Assembly: GCA_043228905.1 (NCBI GenBank)
Contig: JBHGNT010000001.1
Location: 6,510,001-6,574,000, forward strand
Direction of reading: 5' to 3'
Length of the DNA: 64,000 nucleotides
Source of the DNA: Azolla caroliniana
Lineage: Eukaryota > Plantae > Polypodiophyta
Positions 38,416 to 64,000 of this stretch are shown piece after piece (the first letter of the stretch is position 1; the number at the start of each line of letters is the position of its first letter). Below the pieces are notes generated by a model that saw only the letters and a list, made by a program, of their open reading frames with translations, ran no database searches and was not told the DNA's origin. The translations under genes and the position numbers were made by a program.

Positions 38416-40591
38416 ATGTCTATATCCAAAATCCATTATAGATCTTGCTACAGACAGATACAAAATATGTGTCCAGGGATATCTTTTGTTTTAATATGCG
38501 TCTAGGCATATCTTTTGTGGTATTTGGAATGTTTTTTTTGTTTGATATATCTCTCATTGAAAGGGTTGTTTGTATGATCTCGTCTTTGCGTAGACACAAT
38601 GAAAATTTCATGGCAAATGCTAACTCAATGAGAGTGAACGGATCGTTTATGTTGCTTGAAAGATTGTAAGTTATGTTATTGCTTTGTGTATTCCAACTAA
38701 CGATGGGTCACACCCTCAAGACCTTGTTGAATGAGTTGGGATACATTCTGCTCACAGATTTGGAAATACATCCATTGAAAATCTCATTGTATGAGTTGGA
38801 AATATTCGTTGACTAATTTCTCCGATAAGGACGGGTTTCTATGTGTAATGTGTACATAGGCACCCCGACTTCCAATACACATTCCAAACTCCTATGTTGT
38901 TTTTGTATTTGTGGAAGAAAAATAATCCTAGATTTTATACATGAAACGTCAGATAATTGCAGTCAATGTAAGCCAGCTCATAATGCTGAAAAGCTGGTTT
39001 GCAGAAGATAAGAAGCAAAAGAAGGATTAGGGCAACCCATAGGCCAAAATTGTTCAGCAAAGGAGTCTTTTCCATGGAATTGACTCTCACTCTATTGAGA
39101 GAAAAGTGCTTCAAATGCACCCTTCTTTCAATCTACTAGGAATTAAAGTGTCTAGAAAGACAAGAGCAAAATGACAAAACCACAATGACTGACTCTGTTT
39201 TTTCATTATTATAAGGACAATCCTTGTAATGTTCCCATGGAATCAACGTTCACTCCATTGCTGAAAGACTGTCTCTGATGGAATTATTCTTGAATCTATT
39301 GGGAAAGGAAACATCGTGAAAAGTAGGAGAAAAATTTCAATCACAATGTATGAGGTGACAGAATCACAGTTTGTGAGGCTGTATTTTCATTATCTCAAGG
39401 ACAAGCCTTGTACTTCGATAGCTTGCAGTTTGATAGAAAAACGTCTTCTAAAACCAAATTTGGCCCATGGGACAATTGGTTACAACAAAATGAGACCCAA
39501 CCATCAAAAAAAGAAGAAGAAGCATAGATAAAAAGAGTTTTAGTACGGTACAAAAGCTGTTATAGTGTAACATATTCTATAAAGGAAATGACTGTGTGCT
39601 AGGCCTAGTTTCATTTCCGTCCAAGTCTCTCGAAAAGGAGCAGGAGGTCAAAGGGTTTCAATGTGGGTGTGGCCTGTGGTTCCGATGTAAAAGGTATCCT
39701 GACCATTCTAGGTGGTGTAACTCACATTCCCTTATCTTCTTAATCGCTTCTGCACAATGAGTGACTTTGAGGCCGGATATCTGAGGGCTTTTGATTGTTC
39801 TTGGATTTTCTGCTTCAGCGAGGGAGAGGCCAAGTGGTGCAGGTGTATCCATGCTCATGGTCCCCTCCTCTCCCCCAAAAAATTTCATTGGTTACATGCT
39901 GGTGAATATTAAGCAATGTCTTTCTACTAGGAAGGCTGTGCATGGCTATTTTCATTGTCTTTAAGGACAACAGAATGTAATCATAAAGTGTTAGGAGGTA
40001 TTTCCATTATCTTATGGAAAGGCCTCGTACTTTGAGATAGCCACACTTTTCTACTAGAAAGGCGTTCATTGTAATGTTCCAATAAGATTTATCTCATTTT
40101 TTCAGCATTTACATTCTCATTTTCCTCTCGTGTCTTATGAAAATGTATGTGAATGCATAACTAATTGTGCCATCAGCCGACAATGTTGTTAGATCCATGT
40201 TGGAGATGACAAAACTAGCAGTTTTCAGAAATCGGTAATGCATGCAATGATGTTTTTGTTTATAATTTGAGCATGGATACTCGAAGCTCTTTTCTGCAAG
40301 TAGATGGACTCCAATGTATCTTAACATGAACAAGTTTATGACTTGTATGATCATATATTTTATTTGGTCTTATGAAGGTATGCTAGATTTTTATGCATTC
40401 ATCAATGATCTACAGGTTTATCTGGAAACATGAAGGATCAATAAGGGGAAAGTTAGCAGAAAAGTGAAATATTGGCTTATTCCGATGGACTTTATTACTG
40501 GTCCAAGATGAACAGAAGAAAGAGGATGACAGTTATTTCTGTGCCATATGTCATACACTCTTAAGTTTGAAGTGACAATATACCTAAAAAA

Positions 40592-57131
<16,540 letters not shown>

Positions 57132-60100
57132 TGGGCACTTTTTGTTTGTAAAAATCAATGTATGAAATGGGTGGAGGTATAATTTCTTTTTTTAACTCGA
57201 TTTAGATTGTGTAAAACAAGCATTCTTCGTTGTGATTTGGCAAATTCTCAGTGGGAAATAAATAACGAATGCAGTTATTTTTTGTCCCAACTGAACCTTA
57301 CAAGTGAAAGCTATTTGTGATGACACACTTAAAGGGATCTTTCTGCTTTTCCTAGTGTAAAAATACCGGAAAGCATATGAAAAGTAATTCTATTAAATGT
57401 ATACTCTCAAAGTTAGAGTTTTTTAATTCTCATTTCTATTATTATATGTGATTCTCAGTATAAAACTATGAAAATAACATGAAAGTAATTACTTTTCCTT
57501 GTGAAACTACTGAATTCAATAATATGCACCAGAATAGCAGTGTGAACGTTGATTCTGTTCAAATCTTTTTAATTGTATATTTATGCATGCTGGCAATTTT
57601 TCTTCTTCACTGTAATATTGATGTAGACAAAATGTCTTGTGAATTACAGCTTATTTATATTTTCTAGCACATGTGCTTGAAAAACAATTGGGTGTTCAAT
57701 CCACTAAAAATAATAATTCCCAAGGTATGTTACTCCTTGAAAGTTTGGAAAGCTTATGGCATTTTCGTTGCAATTCAGAAGTCAATTTAATGCAACGATT
57801 GTTTGTATATGTCAATGAAGTTTCATGATTGTGGCTTTACCAAATTCATTTTATTGACAACTGTGTGAAGAGCTAAAAGGACATACATACCTTTGGCTTC
57901 ATGTTGAATTGGAAACGGTAGTAGTTAAGTGATGAAACTAAAAATCAAAAGAGTAAAATATGGTGAGTCTTTGATGGAGATATAGCTTGATTTCTAAAAA
58001 GTATTACTGGAAGAGTTGACAATGTAGAAGGGAAATGTTTTTTATTTCGTTTGTAAGTTTTGTGGGAAAAACTTGAATTAAAATAACATAGTAAGTTAAT
58101 AACCAATATATCATTTACTAAAGCAGAACGTAAAATCATTACCTTTACACATCAAATAAGAAGCTTTTGATGTCCCCACTAGTTACTTTAAATATTGTAG
58201 CAGTGGTTTCAAACTTCGTGTGTCCCACAATTGGTTTGATTTGCCTTCATATGAGGGCCCACAAGGAACAAACTCAGATGCTAAAAAGTTTAGTTCGCAA
58301 CTAAATACTTCTCACATAGATGATCCATAGTACCTTAGTGCGTTTGAAACTGTGTTTTTCTATATCCTTTCAACTCTATCCAACTTCCACAACCTAGTAA
58401 GCTTTAGACTATGAATTTTGCCGTACTATTTGGTTACGATCATGCCCATTAATTTATTCAAATGGTTTCACAGTTTAGCTTCTGATAACCCAAGTTGGAT
58501 ACGTTGTATGCTAGCCAAATTTTGTGTATGAACCTAAAGAATGTAAATGTTCATTGCATAACTAATGGTAACTATGAGTCACTCTAAGATGCTTGAAAAA
58601 ATCAATGTCATTTAAGGAATTGTGGAACAAGTTCCTCATATTGCCCATGTTTCTACTTCTTAAACCAAAGGTTGCGCTATGGATGAATTGTGAACATATT
58701 TGTCCATTTAGTTAGTCATTTATTTTTTGTTGACATCACTCTTACCTATTTGGCCAACATTTTCCAATCTAGTGAGTAGTGTCCAACGTTTTAAGCGTTT
58801 TCTTCTCCCTTCTATTGTTCTTCAACAAGCTCTAGTAATGCCTAGTTATGCATGTCATACTTGGTTGGCATGATTCTTTGGTTTCACCAACCTACCACAA
58901 TTTGGATCCCTTCATGTTTGGTTGGCATATGGTGAAATCCCTATGCTTTTATGTATGTAGCCATCAATCATATGTGGCAAATTTGATTCAATAGTGTGAA
59001 TTTCATTTCAGGTGACTATATCCAATACAAATACAACATTTATCAAGTTTTCTACTTCTAAAATATAGTCATATAAAATTTGCTTGTTTGGTGATCATTT
59101 TTCCTTAATGAAGACGTCTATATAGACATGTTTAGTTGTAGGTTACCTAATTATAGGTAGAGTTAGTACTATCCCAACTTGGATGAAGCTAACGTGAGGA
59201 CCACAACCTTAAATGATTGAGTCAAGAGACAATAGTTTCTTTACCTTGGATGCCGAACAATTGTGGTTTTAGACTATGGAGAACTAAAATCAATGAAAAG
59301 CATATCAACCATGTTATTCAGTCAAGAGACATTGCATTAAACATTGTTATATGCAATGCATATTGGACTAAGGATGTGTATCATTTCCTCTTCACTTCTA
59401 ACAACCTTGTAGCTAATGTGTAAACAAATAGCAATAACTAGTGTATAAAATTATGATTGATGGCAGGATGATGTTGTTGAGAAGAGATTGAGAAAGCTAT
59501 CGAAACACGCAAAAAGGATAACCCAACATGATCGGTGATTCAAGGCAATACATAGAGCCCCAACAAACCAATACATGAAGACGTTAGGGACTAGTGCAAT
59601 TAGTTATACACCAAAGTGGCATTGGATATTGTTCTCTTTCATTCATTTACTTCAAGCGCAAATGTTCAAGACAAACTCGGGAGGGATGCACTAATCACAT
59701 TACCAGTTATCACAACCTCTAGATTTTAATTAGAATAGTTAATATTATGATTGATGAAGTGCTTAAGAATTATTAACATTGCAATTGTTGCTTATTAATG
59801 TGAGTAACAATACTAATCAAGTGCTAACCATTCCAACTACTCCCTAATCACAATGTTGACAATTGTTATTAGAACTAAATCACAATGTTAATTGTTCCAA
59901 ATATCTCATTGTATCTCTTAATGAATGATTTGACTATTGTAAAGAATTGATTTTGCAAAACATTAACCATATGTAGTGGTAGTTGAGGGGAAGTGGTTTC
60001 TACCTTTATTTTACTTGAGGGGACAAGGTGATGTTTTTTATACAACAAACGGCAACGCCATTACTTCCTCTAACATAAGGGGCAATGTTGATATTCTCCT

Positions 60101-63100
60101 TTCAAATTCGAACAAGAGAGATGATGAGAGAGCAATAACAATGATTTTGTGACATGTGTCACCAAGAATAGGCATAATGTTTGTGGTGAGTCTTTCTGTG
60201 AAATGGATACATCATATGCGAGGGCATGCTTAACACAAACCATAACTCAAAAATGTTACATTTTCATTGACTTGGTCTTCCTCATAGTAGGAATTGATGC
60301 AACAATGTGTAAAAAGGGAAAAGTATAAAGATGTTCACTTGCCCAAGCTCACCAAGAACCATCCCATTACCAACACCTACTTCTCACCAAACACATTGTG
60401 TAGGAATATAATTTGGAAAGGACCCAAGAACGTAAACAAAGGAATGAAATGCATGCAATATTGAACACCTCAAGTTCATATTCATCTCATTTTTGCGACT
60501 ATACTATCTTCTAGTAGTTCACTTATTGTAGATGAGGACCTTCATGCATAACTACTCCATTGAACTAAAAATAATTGTATGAAACGTGAAAACACTTTCT
60601 GCACCATCTTTGTCACATTTCCTTGCGTATTTCTACTAAAACCATCTTGTATGAACTTATTGGTGCTTGTTGGGCCTACTTTGAACTGCGTATTCAAATT
60701 CTCTTTGACCTTGTTCCTTGAACAATATATTTCGTGACTTATAGACTTATGTCTTCACAATTGGTGCTTGTTGAACCAACTTTTGAAGTGCTTATTCAAT
60801 TTCTCTTTCACCTTGCCCTTGAACAATGCATTTCATGACTTCATGGAAAGAATGAACATTCACACCCATGAAAAAATTTCTACTTGCGATCAACCCTACA
60901 TTCCATAGCAACACCTAGTAAATTAAGAAAAACATACATGGCATAACAAAGAGTCAACCTTGAGACCAAAGCCTAAGATTAGTAGTCTAAGAACTTGCCA
61001 CTAGGATAAACTAATTACAAAAAGAAAAAGACAAAGGGCAAAAGAAAGATAGTGAGAGAGAGGGTGTGTGTGTGAGTGTGCATGCGCACGAGCGTGTTAA
61101 TTTCAATCATTGTAAAATTAATGGTGTGTGGTTTTGGGAGCAAGTTCTTACCTAATATATGAATCATATATGTCCACATGTGGCAAGTTGTGACCTAAGA
61201 TATACACATATTTTGTAGATAATCGTTACTAAATATAAAATTCGAATATAATTCCAAGGTTTATTTATGAAAACAAGATCCCCTGAATTCTAGTGAAAGT
61301 AGATGGGAATGTTTTGAGTGGTTTTGAGTTCTCTTTGTGTGGATACTAAGTTAGTGTAATATTATATATAATAATGTATGTTTGTAGTGATCATTTATCA
61401 AAGAAACCTATTCGTTTTGTTTTTAAGTTTTTCCACATAGTCATTGATTATATGCTAATGTTAGTGGTTTATTTAACTATTGCTACTACATCATTGCCTT
61501 CCTAAGCTAGGTTAGTGCTTGCCACAAAGAGCATGAGTACTTTGTACCCATTTAGCAAATATGGATTGTGGCTTATTAGCAATACCTGTAAACATACGTT
61601 GGGATGTCCCAAAGCACTCATGATATGAATCTATAGGTTCACGCTCTAAAAATCTAAAAAGATGGTTAACATTAATCATCATGCAATTCATGAATTAATT
61701 ATCATCTTGCTTTAAATTGATCTTGTGGTCTTAGGGTGGCCCTTCTCTCAGGCTTCATGATACTCCTCGTTGACTTTATTATAGAATCATTAAGTTTGAT
61801 ATCTAATTATCCACCACATCTTGAATTCTATTTATTAAAGCCCTATAGCTAACCCTTTGATCAATTCTTTATGTAGTAGGGAGACTTTTGTGTGTGATAC
61901 AATAATATTTTATGTTTAGCTTTCCCCCGAGTGTAAACTAGCAAATGATAATATTCAAATAAATCATTTTACATGATACAAGAGATTCCCTACACAAGTG
62001 GAGTATCAAACAAATAGAACATTATACGCTAAAGCACAATATGAGAACATTGCCCTTAAAAGCCAATTAACTATGATATGTAGCATTCTAGCATGCTTCC
62101 AATTTATTAAGATAGAATCCATGTCTTTAAGTTTATTATCTCGATTTACATCGTCTTTTTATGTTATGCCTAACAATCAACTTAGCTCCGTTGTTAGTTA
62201 TCTTGTCCACAAATTGCATAGACTACTCAAACGTTCCTTGAGTTGAGGGAAAGTTGAGGGGGGAGAAGAAATTTTATAAAAGCTCGTGATAAGGGAAGAT
62301 ATTTGGAATAGATTATTATGAGGCCATGCCCATGGAATGTTATAAACATGTTAGTCGTGGTGGACCTTGTAAACCTGTTAACCATGGCACAAAATGTGTA
62401 GGTAATTGTTATCATCCTAGCCTATAGAAGTCACATTAAATAATCAACATGTGTCAATCACAATGTGAAATCATTTAATTTATACATTATCAAACATACT
62501 CTACACTTCTCCGCAAGTTATTGCTTGTAAAGCATAGTGTGAAAGGATTGTCTTTATGCATCATATAAGAAGAAGTAAATGTGTTCATAGATTGCTGCTT
62601 GTAAATTTACCAAGTTAGTTGGTTGAAATTCTAATATTTAATACGTAAACATGACAATAACTGGCAAAGGTTGTGGTTCATATCCAACATAACGGGTTTA
62701 ATTTGCATTCATTTTCATATTAATTCATAATTCTTTCTTGAACATGGATCTATGAAATTGACTTTGACATTTTATGAACACAGGGTTGAAAATGACAACA
62801 TTGTGATTTAAAAGTCAATGCACAAAGAAACTTTCACAAGGCATTCCATTTAGATTCATTTGTGATGGGAGGAGTAAAAGGATAATGGTCTCGTGACGAG
62901 GATTGTTTCAGTTGAGGAGAGAAAGAGAGGGGAATTAATTTAAAAAATAGCAAAGATGGTACCCAAAGAAAAATGAAGAAGTTGATAGGTGGAGTTCAGG
63001 AAAATTACCCCTTATGTTATAAGTTTCGAGGTTGGAGATCCCAAGAAGTGAGGTCTATCGGCCGTTGAGAATGAGATCAAAAGGGAAGTTACTAACCGCC

Positions 63101-64000
63101 TTTGAAACTTAAAGAGTATGTATATGATACGACATTCTACCTTTATATTGAATACAATGTTTTTTCTTTGTACACTTAATGCTTTAAAAGGTATTTCTAA
63201 CTTCCAAGTCTATGACTCATTTGAATATTTTGAAGTCATTACAAATTATTTCAAATAAGGCCAAAAAATCCAAAATGGATTGTTATTTGTAGCATTGAAA
63301 AACGAGACAACGCTATGGCTTCTCATTGGAAATGGGCAAAAAACTATCACATGCACATTTTTATGCATTCCTTCATGGAACCACAACTTAAGAGTAGCTC
63401 TTATGCCTTGCCACCATCCTCAAATGTCATCGAGCATCCCAACATAGTTTCGCTTGCATGAAAAACTTCTTTGTATAGACAATGTATGTGCATTCGACAA
63501 GGTTCTAGGATTCTTCGTGCTCAAATTTCTTTGAATGCCTTCTCCTATAATGGTATGATGTATGATGTATGGATGAAGGCAATAGTATGATCCTAGATAC
63601 ATGGTGGTCATCTTCATATGACATGGAAAATACATTGAAGATCAGTTTCTTAGTGGTAACTTAATACATAAGGCGTCCCTATTATAATAGTCTAAACAAT
63701 AACTTCATCACTTGGTTGGAAAATCTCTTACATATATCTTTCATGAAAGGCTCTTAATGTATAATATGTTTTGATAGTTCAATTTGGCTAAAACTTCAAC
63801 GGGTTCAATTTATTACTTCAAATTGTGCAGGCGTTAACATTGAAATTTAATACTAGACTTATTGATGCACAACATATGATGTACCAATAGGGCGTTCAAT
63901 GTTCATTTATTGGCCCATTTATTGGCCACAAGTCGTTGTGAACTCTAGGTTGCGCATTACCTATGTGGCTTGGATGTTTAATTAACATCCATAATTTAGG

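Noticed and set aside
57200-64000. Short ORFs and possible TE remnants in the distal region
   Set aside because: No recognisable protein motif, TIR, LTR or TSD could be supported by eye; a tBLASTx or RepeatMasker run would be needed.

Overview
AT-rich land-plant nuclear DNA with spliceosomal introns and many microsatellites. The gene and PPR style suggests a fern or other seed-free plant, but that is an inference. Three apparently intact multi-exon genes can be reconstructed by hand: a SIZ1-type SUMO E3 ligase (minus, 4501-12189), a peroxisomal 8-amino-7-oxononanoate synthase BioF (plus, 25152-34256, ends -AKL), and a SPLAYED-type SNF2 chromatin remodeller (plus, 40592-57131) whose 5.4-kb last exon encodes about 30 modular tandem repeats. 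Between SIZ1 and BioF lies a decayed PLS-class PPR pseudogene interrupted by two insertions. One is a 1.9-kb element bounded by two related LTRs in INVERTED orientation, with one shared, degenerate 5-bp TSD. The other is a 360-bp hAT-type MITE with a perfect 8-bp TSD. Two copies of the same L1-like LINE 3' end both sit next to (GA)n tracts. The most unusual signals are: the inverted-LTR element; apparent (GA)n targeting by a LINE; a recurrent tandem duplication of exon-end/5' splice-donor segments in all three genes; a weak GC donor followed by a stop codon and AATAAA clusters just before the SYD repeat exon; and the hexapeptide-stepped SYD repeat domain. The regions 1.3-3.4 kb and 57.2-64 kb look like degraded intergenic or TE sequence that I could not assign.
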